The position numbers and the translations under genes are program-made. A stretch of 64,000 bases of DNA from a bacterium. Lineage in GTDB: Bacteria > Bacillota_I > Bacilli_A > RF39 > UBA660. A model generated the notes under the pieces. The model saw only the letters and a list, made by a program, of their open reading frames with translations. It was not told the DNA's origin and made no database searches. This document shows positions 39,046-47,716 of the stretch, piece after piece. Position 1 is the first letter of the stretch, and each line of letters begins with the position of its first letter. The stretch is from NCBI GenBank assembly GCA_030524925.1, contig JAUNFS010000001.1:3963-67962 (forward strand), written 5' to 3'.

Positions 39046-39627
39046 TTAAGCAATTATATTGTTGTTTTCATCAAAGGGAACTTCAAGACATTTACGGCTT
39101 GCTAGATAATCGCACATGTGAACAAAACTCTGATATTTATTTTTAGGAGTTTCTAAAACTACATTACCGTTAAAATCAGTGTTGTATGGTCCCATGTGGG
39201 TTTTAATTACGTCACTAATGAATTTGGCATCTACTAAGTTTAATTTAAAGGTTTGATAGTTATCTAAAATAAAATTAGCCATTAAAATTGGATGGTCTAC
39301 CCTAGTATATTTTTCTTCAGTTAAGCCTCGTTTTAAGCCATCATGAACAAGTAAGCTAAGTAATAACATATCTTTTTCTCTTGGAGAGTATTTACTACCT
39401 ATTAAGGGATTGTTTAGTAGTTCTAAACCTATTTTGGTAGCGGCTTTGCTGTGTCTTAAAAGACCTCCATCACCAATGGCATATTTTGGATGATACTTAC
39501 CAGTGCTTGATGCCGCTTCATGAAAGAAATAATCTGGTAACTTGTCTACAATTAACTTTAGGCTTTCTTTTAAATTGGCATTTTTAATATAATTTATTTC
39601 TACACTAAATATTTCTACTTTATTCAT
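39046..39627 (-). CDS. HD-domain hydrolase, third gene of the methyltransferase-nuclease operon
   Basis: 193 aa with SSTGKYHP...LRHS...LLVHDGLKRG...HMCDYL (H, HD and D ligands). AAGGAA RBS; 18-nt gap from the upstream gene. Confidence 0.65.
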   Translation of the reverse strand: MNKVEIFSVEINYIKNANLKESLKLIVDKLPDYFFHEAASSTGKYHPKYAIGDGGLLRHSKAATKIGLELLNNPLIGSKYSPREKDMLLLSLLVHDGLKRGLTEEKYTRVDHPILMANFILDNYQTFKLNLVDAKFISDVIKTHMGPYNTDFNGNVVLETPKNKYQSFVHMCDYLASRKCLEVPFDENNNIIA

Positions 39628-39645
39628 TTAAATTCCTTCTTTATA

Positions 39646-40335
39646 TTATGCTAGTTCTAATTCTTTATCAGGCGATTTTGTAACACTTTTAATTGCGTTA
39701 TAATCTTTAAGATCTATAAGCGTTTCTGGTGTTAATTTATTAAATGCTCTACTTTTTTCTCTTAAAATATCTCTTACTTCTTCTTTAGTTTTATTAACTG
39801 CTATTATTTTAAATCCATATTTAAATACTAAGGTTGATAAAGATATTGACTGAGTACTTCTAACTGTATGGCCATCTTTAAACCAAGCTATTTTCTCTTC
39901 TAAGAATTCACCGATAGCTTTATTTTGACCAAAGCAAATAAATAATAAATTACTAGCATCTTGCCATACTGCTAATGCTAAAAATACTTTTTCATCTTTA
40001 AATGCATCTGCTTTTTCAAATGTTGTATCATTGAAAGTTGCTTGCCACGATTTAGCCATAAAGCTTGCTGATTTTACTTCTAAATAATAGTCTTCACCAT
40101 TTGAAGATAATTTACAATCAAACCCGTGTTTTTCTACATTTACTTCATTAAAACCTAAAGTATAGCCAGCAATAGAGTCTCTTAACTCATTAATAAATGT
40201 ATCTGTATCATCTTTTTGATATTTGCGCTGAACAGCTTCTACTTGTTTTAATACTTCGTGGCCTTCAAACATAAAATTTTTATTTATAGGGTTAAATGTT
40301 CCTTTTGAAAATAGTGATAAATCTTTATTATCCAT
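39646..40335 (-). CDS. putative type II restriction endonuclease (PD-ExK)
   Basis: 229 aa, 13 nt downstream of the methyltransferase. It has a candidate PD-(D/E)xK core, GFDC ... YLEVKSA. No other recognisable family. Confidence 0.45.
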   Translation of the reverse strand: MDNKDLSLFSKGTFNPINKNFMFEGHEVLKQVEAVQRKYQKDDTDTFINELRDSIAGYTLGFNEVNVEKHGFDCKLSSNGEDYYLEVKSASFMAKSWQATFNDTTFEKADAFKDEKVFLALAVWQDASNLLFICFGQNKAIGEFLEEKIAWFKDGHTVRSTQSISLSTLVFKYGFKIIAVNKTKEEVRDILREKSRAFNKLTPETLIDLKDYNAIKSVTKSPDKELELA

Positions 40336-40348
40336 GTTACTTCACTCC

Positions 40349-41539
40349 TTATTTCATATCGCATTTAATAAAATCTATTTCTTTTTTATTCCTTTTTAAA
40401 TATTTTTTTAATCTAAATAATAGAATTTCATCTACTGATGGTGGTATATTAAATTCTTCACAAATTTTGTATACTTTACTTTTGGGATTAACCTTTTCAT
40501 CTAACTGAATTAATACGTATTTAAGTTTTTTGTTGTCTTCAGCGTTAACTTCGTAGATAGCTTGGGCAAGAGAACCTGAGCCAGCAAAGTAATCTAAAAC
40601 TATATCATCTTTCTTAGTGGATATTCTAATTAAAAACTTTAACATGTCAACTGGCTTTGGGGTGTCAAAAATATTGCTAATTCCTAATTTTTTTAAGTCG
40701 TTGGTCCCTTGTCTAGAATAAAATTTTAGCATAGAAGGAACATTATCTTCTGATTCAGTCAAATAGTGTTTACTATATGGTCTGCCATCTTTAAAACATA
40801 GTCGGTTTTGTTTTGCTAAATCTATAAATTTTTTATCGCTGGACCATCCTCTAGTTGGTAATGGTTCTAATTCTAGATCAATTTCAGGAATAGAAACTTT
40901 TCTTGGTTTTCCGGGAGTAGATAAGTCTACCGGGAAATAAATATTGCCTTTTTCATCCACATTAGAATAGTTTTTTAACCAAGTTATGTTGTAATTATAA
41001 CAATAATTCTTAATTATGTCTTTTAATTTTTTGTTAGCAGCTTCTAGGCCTTCTTTATTTAAAATTTTTTTAATTTCACGATGAAGATTATCTATCATTT
41101 TCTTTTGTTCAGGAATTTCTAAACGGTTAATTACAAATTTGTGAAGCTTTTTTTTATTTTTAGCAAAACATAAGATATATTCATGAACTGTGTTAATATG
41201 TTTGGCATTACTACGCTGAGATTGCTGGGTTATAAATGTTCCAACAAAATTTTCTTTACCAAATACATTATCACAGATTATTTTTAAGTTAGCATACTCA
41301 TTATCATCAATACTAATAAATATTACGCCATCATTTTTTAAGAATTTACTTGATGCACTGATTCTTTTTTTGATGTAATCTTTCCAATCCTTACTAGATA
41401 TTTTATCATTATAACTTTTACTTTCATTGGTATTATATGGAGGGTCTATGTAAATCATTTTGATTTTGCCAATATATTTTTTGAAGCTTTGGCTATTCAT
41501 GATTTTTAAATTGTCTCCTATATATATTTCGTTTGTCAT
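40349..41539 (-). CDS. beta-class N6-adenine or N4-cytosine DNA methyltransferase
   Basis: 396 aa. Motif IV IYIDPPYNT near the N-terminus and motif I DYFAGSGSLAQA near the C-terminus give the beta-class permutation. Confidence 0.85.
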   Translation of the reverse strand: MTNEIYIGDNLKIMNSQSFKKYIGKIKMIYIDPPYNTNESKSYNDKISSKDWKDYIKKRISASSKFLKNDGVIFISIDDNEYANLKIICDNVFGKENFVGTFITQQSQRSNAKHINTVHEYILCFAKNKKKLHKFVINRLEIPEQKKMIDNLHREIKKILNKEGLEAANKKLKDIIKNYCYNYNITWLKNYSNVDEKGNIYFPVDLSTPGKPRKVSIPEIDLELEPLPTRGWSSDKKFIDLAKQNRLCFKDGRPYSKHYLTESEDNVPSMLKFYSRQGTNDLKKLGISNIFDTPKPVDMLKFLIRISTKKDDIVLDYFAGSGSLAQAIYEVNAEDNKKLKYVLIQLDEKVNPKSKVYKICEEFNIPPSVDEILLFRLKKYLKRNKKEIDFIKCDMK

Positions 41540-41583
41540 AATATACCTCTTTTGTTATTTTATCATTTGTCTTTGTTTTGGTA

Positions 41584-41606
41584 AAGAAAAAACACCGAAG
41601 TGTTTC
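41584..41606 (-). terminator. rho-independent terminator after HdeD-like gene
   Basis: Stem AAACAC / GTGTTT (41590-41595, 41600-41605), loop CGAA. An A-run on the plus strand gives a U-run on the minus transcript. Confidence 0.55.
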
Positions 41607-42158
41607 TTATTTTGATAGAAGCTTAACTATATTATTTAAGTTCTTTTTAAATATAATTGTGTTTATGATATTAGATATTGCATATAGCACTAGTGTAATA
41701 CCAAAGTAAATAGTAATAGCCATAGCTCCTAAATGAGGATAAAAGACAATAAATAAACCACATAATATTGATATTATAGAGCAAATTAGTGGATAGATTC
41801 CTTCTTTATAACCTGATTCTATTAGTAAAATGCAAATTCTAAAGTCAAGGAAAGATTTAGTTATCATCACAATGCCAGTAACTATTGGAAATAGACTTTT
41901 TACAATATCAGGATTAAGTAACATAACTATACCAAGTAAGATTTCTAGAATCCCGAGAGTAATGAAGCCACTAAAGACTATGCTTGTTTCTCTTTCAAAT
42001 AGAAAATATAAGCCGCCAATGATTAGAACTACTGCTAAAAAGCAAGTTACCATTTCAAATGATGTTTCTGGTTTAAGGATAAATATAATTCCAATTATTA
42101 GCATTACTATAGATAATCCAATAGTTTCATATAATAATTTATTTAGTTTTTTTAGCAT
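41607..42158 (-). CDS. HdeD/DUF308-like membrane protein
   Basis: 183 aa with six predicted TM helices in repeated pairs carrying GxxxIxxG-like patterns. Confidence 0.5.
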   Translation of the reverse strand: MLKKLNKLLYETIGLSIVMLIIGIIFILKPETSFEMVTCFLAVVLIIGGLYFLFERETSIVFSGFITLGILEILLGIVMLLNPDIVKSLFPIVTGIVMITKSFLDFRICILLIESGYKEGIYPLICSIISILCGLFIVFYPHLGAMAITIYFGITLVLYAISNIINTIIFKKNLNNIVKLLSK

Positions 42159-42231
42159 TTTAATGCTCCTTTCTATTTATAATTTTATATTATATTAATT
42201 AGAAAGTAAACTACGTTTTTTTAGTTTTTGT

Positions 42232-43968
42232 TTAGATACTCTTACCGTTTACATATAATTTATAGCCATTTAAATCTATGTTACTGTTAGTTGTATCTTC
42301 GTTATCTAATGATGTTATGTATGTGTCCTTTGTAAGTTTAATTTTAGATGTTTTATCAAGTTTTAATATTACGTTTTCAGCAGTGTTTTCATTATTGATT
42401 GCTCCTTCAATTACAGAGTTTTTTGTAGCATTAATAGTTATAGAACTTATACTATCTAAGACTGTGTCGCCTGACACTGTCTGATTTTTTAAATTTAGGG
42501 TTATGTCTGCACCATTACTGCCACTTGTACCCCATGAGCTTCCTTCTGCTCTTAGAAAACATCCTGTTTTATCATTATTTTTAAAAGTAGTATTTTCTAG
42601 GGTAATTGAAGCTTTAGTGTTTGTTAAATAAAAGGTATCACCTTTATTAGTCGTTATTTTGCTATCAGTACTTGAAAAGTTAGATTCACCAGTAGATGCA
42701 TCACCACTCATTGACTGATAAATAAAAATATTTTTATAGGTTTTAGATAAACCATTTAACTGATTATTTGTGTCACTTAGTTCAACGTTATTTAATGTAA
42801 CACTATTTTTTCCTTCTATTACTACGCCTTCACTAGCAGTAGATATTAGTTTAGCATCAGAAACTGTAATACTCGCTGTACTATAGATACTTGGTGAGCC
42901 TTTTCCCGTAGTTTTATATGTACCACCCTTAATTATAAGTGTACCACCACCTCTATCGCTTCTAATTGCTGCTGATGAAGTTCCTGCTGTATTTACTGTT
43001 AAATTATTTCCGTAAAGTGTACCGCCACCTGTAACCATGACACCTCCTGAATTATCTTTGGATGTGGTGATTTTAGAATTATTTATGGTGATACTTGTGC
43101 CATCGGTTTGACTATTATTAGTTGTGACACTTCCACCATAGCTAAAAACTCCGTTTGCACCAGTGGCATCGGTTTTAATTTCTGAGTTATTTATTAGAAC
43201 ATTTGCGCCATCTTTGGCAAGGACTGCTGAATTATTACCATAAAAACTGGTATTATCTCCACCGTCGGAATCACCGGTTTTAGTAACAGTAATAGACTCA
43301 GCACTAACACTAACATCGCCACTAATTAGCATGGCATTTTCATCACTTTGTGAGCTTGTAAATGTTTCATTAGTAAAATCTTTATTTTCAGTTATTTCAT
43401 TTTTTGAGGAATAAGTTATATTTGTATTTGTGCTAGGCATACCTTGGTTATTACTTTTGCTACTAAATTGTGCGTTTAAGAATGTTATAAAGATAGTTAG
43501 GATGATACTAGAAAGAACATAGATAATTATTTTATCGCTATTTATAAATGTGTTTGCTATACTTGCTTTATTAAATTTAGATAAAATTAAATAAAATACT
43601 GTAAGGGATAATCCTAAAGCACATACTCTAGTAACTAGATAATATCTCCAAGATATTTGGTTATTGTTTTCCTGCATATCGTTCATGTCTTCTCCGGGAG
43701 TCGGAGCGTTGTTATCTTCCCCGTCAGGTTTTGCTGGAGGAGTATTTACTCCATTGCCATTTTCATTTTGTCCGCTTTCGTTTTCATTCGGTTTATCTGG
43801 AATTTCGCCACCTGTTTGATTATCGTTTGGGGTTTCTACATTTGGCATATTCCCATTCATTGCTCCTTGATTATTAGTCTCTTTTGATGATAGAGTCATA
43901 TAAACAATACCACTTGTAAATAGAACTATTAAAATAATAGAAATTAAATTTTTAAGCCATCTTTGCAT
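42232..43968 (-). CDS. membrane-anchored surface protein with parallel beta-helix-like repeats
   Basis: 578 aa. Order is a TM helix, an N/G/P/E-rich low-complexity segment, two further hydrophobic helices, then about 400 aa of degenerate NNSxI/T..G..G repeats typical of right-handed beta-helix surface proteins. Confidence 0.5.
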   Translation of the reverse strand: MQRWLKNLISIILIVLFTSGIVYMTLSSKETNNQGAMNGNMPNVETPNDNQTGGEIPDKPNENESGQNENGNGVNTPPAKPDGEDNNAPTPGEDMNDMQENNNQISWRYYLVTRVCALGLSLTVFYLILSKFNKASIANTFINSDKIIIYVLSSIILTIFITFLNAQFSSKSNNQGMPSTNTNITYSSKNEITENKDFTNETFTSSQSDENAMLISGDVSVSAESITVTKTGDSDGGDNTSFYGNNSAVLAKDGANVLINNSEIKTDATGANGVFSYGGSVTTNNSQTDGTSITINNSKITTSKDNSGGVMVTGGGTLYGNNLTVNTAGTSSAAIRSDRGGGTLIIKGGTYKTTGKGSPSIYSTASITVSDAKLISTASEGVVIEGKNSVTLNNVELSDTNNQLNGLSKTYKNIFIYQSMSGDASTGESNFSSTDSKITTNKGDTFYLTNTKASITLENTTFKNNDKTGCFLRAEGSSWGTSGSNGADITLNLKNQTVSGDTVLDSISSITINATKNSVIEGAINNENTAENVILKLDKTSKIKLTKDTYITSLDNEDTTNSNIDLNGYKLYVNGKSI

Positions 43969-44065
43969 TTTTTTCTCCTTTCTGATTACAATATTAGTTT
44001 TTAAAAATGAAAAATAAGTGAAAATTATTTAAATTTTATGTGAAATTATCTACTTATATTATTAG

Positions 44066-44093
44066 TAAAACCCCTTACATTATGTAAGAGGCT
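44066..44093 (-). terminator. terminator closing the 48.3-44.1 kb operon
   Basis: Stem CCCCTTACA / TGTAAGAGG (44071-44079, 44083-44091; 8 of 9 positions pair, one internal mismatch), loop TTA. An A4 run on the plus strand gives a U-run on the minus transcript. Confidence 0.45.
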
Positions 44094-44104
44094 TTAAATG
44101 TTTT

Positions 44105-44300
44105 TTTTAAATTTTTAATGATCTTCGTGATATTATCAATTATTCCATTATATCCATAACAGATTATTTTATTATTTTTAACTATTACAGCACCTACTCC
44201 CTAATTTACAAGAAGAATATTTATGGGCAATATCGTGTGCAATATTCATCGCAGATTCATCACTACCGTCATATAATACATTTAACTCACTTAATTCTTT
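44105..44300 (-). pseudogene. dCMP/cytidine deaminase (ComEB-like) N-terminal remnant, frameshifted and truncated
   Basis: Hand translation of the minus strand gives ...DGSDESAMNIAHDIAHKYSSCKL. After a frame change near 44203-44215 it continues GVGAVIVKNNKIICYGYNG. The HAE and PCxxC zinc motifs that should follow are absent. Confidence 0.5.
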
Positions 44301-44305
44301 AATTA

Positions 44306-45580
44306 CTATTTTCTCCTTAGTATCACAATAAATCTATTGCTTAAATTTTTATTGTAAGCGCTAAAATCAAAGTCGCCAAACACATCAACTACTTCGTAAT
44401 ATTCACTTACTAGATTTTTAATTTCATCAAGAGTATAAAATCTGACGAATTCATCATCAAAATAAAATTGTTTGTTTTCATTATCTTTTATAAAATATAA
44501 ATATTGAGAATTTTGGATATTGTTAATAATGTATTTGTTTACAATTAATTCTATCTCAATGCCATTATTGATATTATTTCTTTTGTATACTCTTCTATTA
44601 TTTAATCTAGGAATATTTTTTGAATCCAATACCATTATAGCACCCTCATGTTGATGATTATAATTAGATTTGATAAAGCTAACAAAATCTTTGTCTTGAG
44701 AAAGATAATTATATGTAGTCCACATACATATTGACATATCATATTTTCTTTCTGGTAAAGAGATGTTTCTAACATCCATAACATGATAGTTTGCGTTTTT
44801 ATGACTATGAATTTTTTTGGCATTAGTTATTTGTTCTTCTGAAATATCAATTCCTGTCACTTGATATCCGGCATTTGCTAGCAAATAATCATGACGACCT
44901 ACTCCACAACAGCAGTCAAGTATTTTCCCGTTTTCTGGTAAGCCATATTTTTTATATATTTCTGATAAAAAATTTGTTTCTAAAGATGTATCGTTAGCAA
45001 TTGCATACATGTAATACTTTGATAAATCGTTATATAATAATTTATTTTTTGCGTGTTCAGTAAAACTTATATTCCTAAATTTAGATAAATCTCCTTGTAA
45101 ATTTATAGGTAAATATATAATATTGCCATTTTGAATAATTGTATCCTGTTCATGATTAAAATATAGAATCCAATCATATTTTGAAGAAATAGAATTTAGA
45201 TATTCGTCTTTAGAATTATATTTACTGATGTCATCTTTAGAAATTATAGTATCAAATATATCCATAATACCAAATTTTTGCATATCGCTTAGTAATCTGC
45301 TTTTCTTTGACAATGATAGTACATTTATTTTATAAAAACTGCTTAATTTTTTAGCAAAATCTATATTCTCATTAATTGGATTTAGATAATTTCTATATAA
45401 TTCTTCTGCCTCTTCATAATCAAGATTGTATTTTTTACATATTATTTTTTTTGACAATCCGCTATTATAATCTTTTTCTACTTCTTCTTTTGATTCTGTT
45501 AATTGTTTTAATGCTTTTATCCATGCACTTTTTGCGTCGACAAATATGTCATGAAAATCAAAAAATATTTTTAAGTTCAT
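44306..45580 (-). CDS. class I SAM-dependent methyltransferase fused to an uncharacterised N-terminal domain (weakly HAD-like)
   Basis: 424 aa. The C-terminal half has motif I ILDCCCGVGRH, motif II VTGIDISEEQI and HVMDVRN. The N-terminal 200 aa or so start IFFDFHDIFVD, which is not a canonical DxDxT. The ATGA overlaps the radical SAM stop. Confidence 0.7.
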   Translation of the reverse strand: MNLKIFFDFHDIFVDAKSAWIKALKQLTESKEEVEKDYNSGLSKKIICKKYNLDYEEAEELYRNYLNPINENIDFAKKLSSFYKINVLSLSKKSRLLSDMQKFGIMDIFDTIISKDDISKYNSKDEYLNSISSKYDWILYFNHEQDTIIQNGNIIYLPINLQGDLSKFRNISFTEHAKNKLLYNDLSKYYMYAIANDTSLETNFLSEIYKKYGLPENGKILDCCCGVGRHDYLLANAGYQVTGIDISEEQITNAKKIHSHKNANYHVMDVRNISLPERKYDMSICMWTTYNYLSQDKDFVSFIKSNYNHQHEGAIMVLDSKNIPRLNNRRVYKRNNINNGIEIELIVNKYIINNIQNSQYLYFIKDNENKQFYFDDEFVRFYTLDEIKNLVSEYYEVVDVFGDFDFSAYNKNLSNRFIVILRRK

Positions 45581-46653
45581 TTTTCACCCTCCATTATTTT
45601 TTCTGAGTAAGTATTTTCTCTAATTTTAGCTTTAACATTAAGATTTAATATATGTTTGATATATGATTTTTGTTCATCATTTAATAGACCATCAATTAAT
45701 AAAGTTCCTTCTTTTAACTCCCAATTGGAGTTTATCCCAATTTTACTTAGTCTAGATTCTAAATCTACTGGTTCCTTGCAAGTAATATTATGACATAATT
45801 CATAGTTTTTACATAATTTTGAGCAACTATTCTTAGAGTAATGCAAATTGTAATCTGGAAACTTAAAAATATAACTCAAGGCACAAGATGTGTGATCAAA
45901 TATTTGGTAGTTCTTATTTTCAAGTTTTAATTGTTCAAATATTGCATCTGTGGTGGTGCTTTTTTGTTTGTGTGAATCTCCAATTTTACCAGTATATGTA
46001 TAATCTCTTTCTTCTAATCTATCTTTTATAAAATCGTTTACTCTAATGCCTTGGAAAATTGTTGCTACACAATATTTTTTCGCGTAATCAATTATTTTTC
46101 TAATTGTGCATTCATCATCGTTTACTCCTGGGATAATTGGTCTAAATTGGTGTAATAAATACACATGTTTGCATTTTGAAATATGTTTCATTGTTTTTTC
46201 TTGAATATTTTTATTAATTGGTTGTATTTTTAGCGGAATACCATTATAAGTTACAATAATGACAATTCTAATATTGCTATACTCATCTAATTTTTTTGCA
46301 TCTTCTTCTGTTAATAATCCTTTAGTAGTTATAGTAACAATATTTTTAAGATTTAGTTCTTCCATTATATCTAACAGTTTAAATGTACTATTTTTAACTT
46401 CTTGTGATATAAATGGATCTGTTCTATTGTTTAAAGAAATAATTGTTTTATCTTTTACAAAATATTTATCTTTGATCATATTATCTACCAAAGTTTCTTC
46501 TTCTATAACTTTTATCGGCCTCATTGGTACAATTTTGATTGGAGCCAAAAAACAATATCCACAGTTTATTGTACATCCTATATATGAATTAATTGAGTAA
46601 TATGATTTTAAATATTCTCTTGTTAACTTTTTTAAATCAATTTCTTCTTTCAT
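45577..46653 (-). CDS. radical SAM enzyme, SplB/COG1533-like core with C-terminal Cys cluster
   Basis: 358 aa with a CxxxCxxC box in SYIGCTINCGYCFLAP, followed by NNRTDPF and TITTKG segments as in the photolyase-like rSAM family. C-terminal CSKLCKNYELCHNITC. The start ATG directly abuts the upstream TAA. Confidence 0.8.
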   Translation of the reverse strand: MKEEIDLKKLTREYLKSYYSINSYIGCTINCGYCFLAPIKIVPMRPIKVIEEETLVDNMIKDKYFVKDKTIISLNNRTDPFISQEVKNSTFKLLDIMEELNLKNIVTITTKGLLTEEDAKKLDEYSNIRIVIIVTYNGIPLKIQPINKNIQEKTMKHISKCKHVYLLHQFRPIIPGVNDDECTIRKIIDYAKKYCVATIFQGIRVNDFIKDRLEERDYTYTGKIGDSHKQKSTTTDAIFEQLKLENKNYQIFDHTSCALSYIFKFPDYNLHYSKNSCSKLCKNYELCHNITCKEPVDLESRLSKIGINSNWELKEGTLLIDGLLNDEQKSYIKHILNLNVKAKIRENTYSEKIMEGEK

Positions 46654-47691
46654 TTATTTTCCTCCTAATCTGTCAAACGATAAAATATCATAATCTTTAA
46701 TCTTTAAATTATTATATAAACTTAAAATTCTAACAATGCTAATGCCTAAATTATAGCATTGTGGAGCGCCAGAATCAATTAAGTCTTCAAGAGTTTGCAA
46801 TTCTCCGTAATTATCTTTTTTCCCCTGCAAATTTATTTTTTTTATATATTCATCATGATTGCATATTTCACTCACTCCATGAATTATTGTTACCCTGTTG
46901 TATTTTACTTTAAATTCATCAGCTTTGTTATTTTCAAGCGTACCACAATAACTATTTGTTGAGTTAGAATAATTACTAATTATATAAAAAGTTCCATCTT
47001 TTGGAATAATTTTATTATAAACGCCCTCATCAACAAAACTACATTTTATCTTACTATCTGTTATAATTTTTAGGATTCTTAAGGCTAACTTTATAGCACT
47101 ATTTTTATCTAAATAATTACTGAAGATAGAAAGCATTTCAAACTCAGGTTTATATTTGCTGGTAAGATATTCATTCCTGTAGCAGTTTCCTATACAATAT
47201 ATTTTATTAAAACCACAGCAAGAATACATTCTTAAAAATACATCCATAGTTTTTCTAAGATATAATTTGACATTCTTTTTTGAATATAAAGTACTAAACG
47301 ATTCAGATTTTGATGATATTTCCCCATCAGTTAAAATTGGTAAAGCAACCTCTAAGTAACCTAATTTATGGAGATATTTTCTTATCTCATATTTAATATC
47401 ACTATATTTTATTATGTTTGTCTTATTAATCGTTAATTTATAATTTTTTTGATTTTTACTAATTATTTTTAAATTTTTAAGTAAATAAGAATTATATATT
47501 GGTTTATATTTACCATTGTTATTTTTGTCTTTTGTAACTGAGCAAGATACTATATCACCGATATTTAAATTAGTTATAAAATAATCAATGTTATCCTTTA
47601 TAACGACCTGGGTTATTTTATAATTTTCAATTAGTAAGAATAGTACATTTGTCTTTGATTTTATATTTGTGATTTTTCCACATATTTTCAT
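46654..47691 (-). CDS. truncated LysRS-like class IIb aminoacyl-tRNA synthetase paralog
   Basis: 345 aa. It has an N-terminal OB-fold pattern (ICGKITNIKSKTNVLFLLIENYKITQVVI...IGDIVSCSV), motif 1 IRKYLHKLGYLEVALPIL, motif 2 CYRNEYLTSKYKPEFEMLSIF and motif 3-like LGISIVRIL. GGAG RBS. Confidence 0.7.
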   Translation of the reverse strand: MKICGKITNIKSKTNVLFLLIENYKITQVVIKDNIDYFITNLNIGDIVSCSVTKDKNNNGKYKPIYNSYLLKNLKIISKNQKNYKLTINKTNIIKYSDIKYEIRKYLHKLGYLEVALPILTDGEISSKSESFSTLYSKKNVKLYLRKTMDVFLRMYSCCGFNKIYCIGNCYRNEYLTSKYKPEFEMLSIFSNYLDKNSAIKLALRILKIITDSKIKCSFVDEGVYNKIIPKDGTFYIISNYSNSTNSYCGTLENNKADEFKVKYNRVTIIHGVSEICNHDEYIKKINLQGKKDNYGELQTLEDLIDSGAPQCYNLGISIVRILSLYNNLKIKDYDILSFDRLGGK

Positions 47692-47716
47692 TTTTTACTC
47701 CAATTCATTTATTTTT

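Noticed and set aside
42232-43968. Asn/Gly/Pro-rich region and repetitive C-terminal domain as a tandem DNA repeat or contingency locus.
   Set aside because: The repeats are degenerate at protein level. I could not find exact nucleotide tandem units or homopolymer tracts that would indicate phase variation.
44635-44823. Minus-strand 62-aa ORF nested out of frame inside the methyltransferase gene.
   Set aside because: It is entirely contained within a longer motif-bearing frame.
45577-46653. Reading the radical SAM gene as a prokaryotic viperin (pVip) because of the nucleotide-enzyme neighbours.
   Set aside because: Only the generic CxxxCxxC box is shared. I cannot see viperin-specific C-terminal features, and the neighbours are not the kinases typically found next to pVips. 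The reading is unsupported without a profile search.
45577-47691. Reading the LysRS-like and radical SAM pair as the EF-P beta-lysylation system EpmA/EpmB.
   Set aside because: EpmA lacks the OB-fold domain that this protein keeps. The radical SAM protein shows SplB/COG1533-like segments (TDPF, TITTKG) rather than the lysine 2,3-aminomutase (KamA/EpmB) pattern with its PLP-binding region. A functional analogy remains possible, but orthology is not supported by what I can see.
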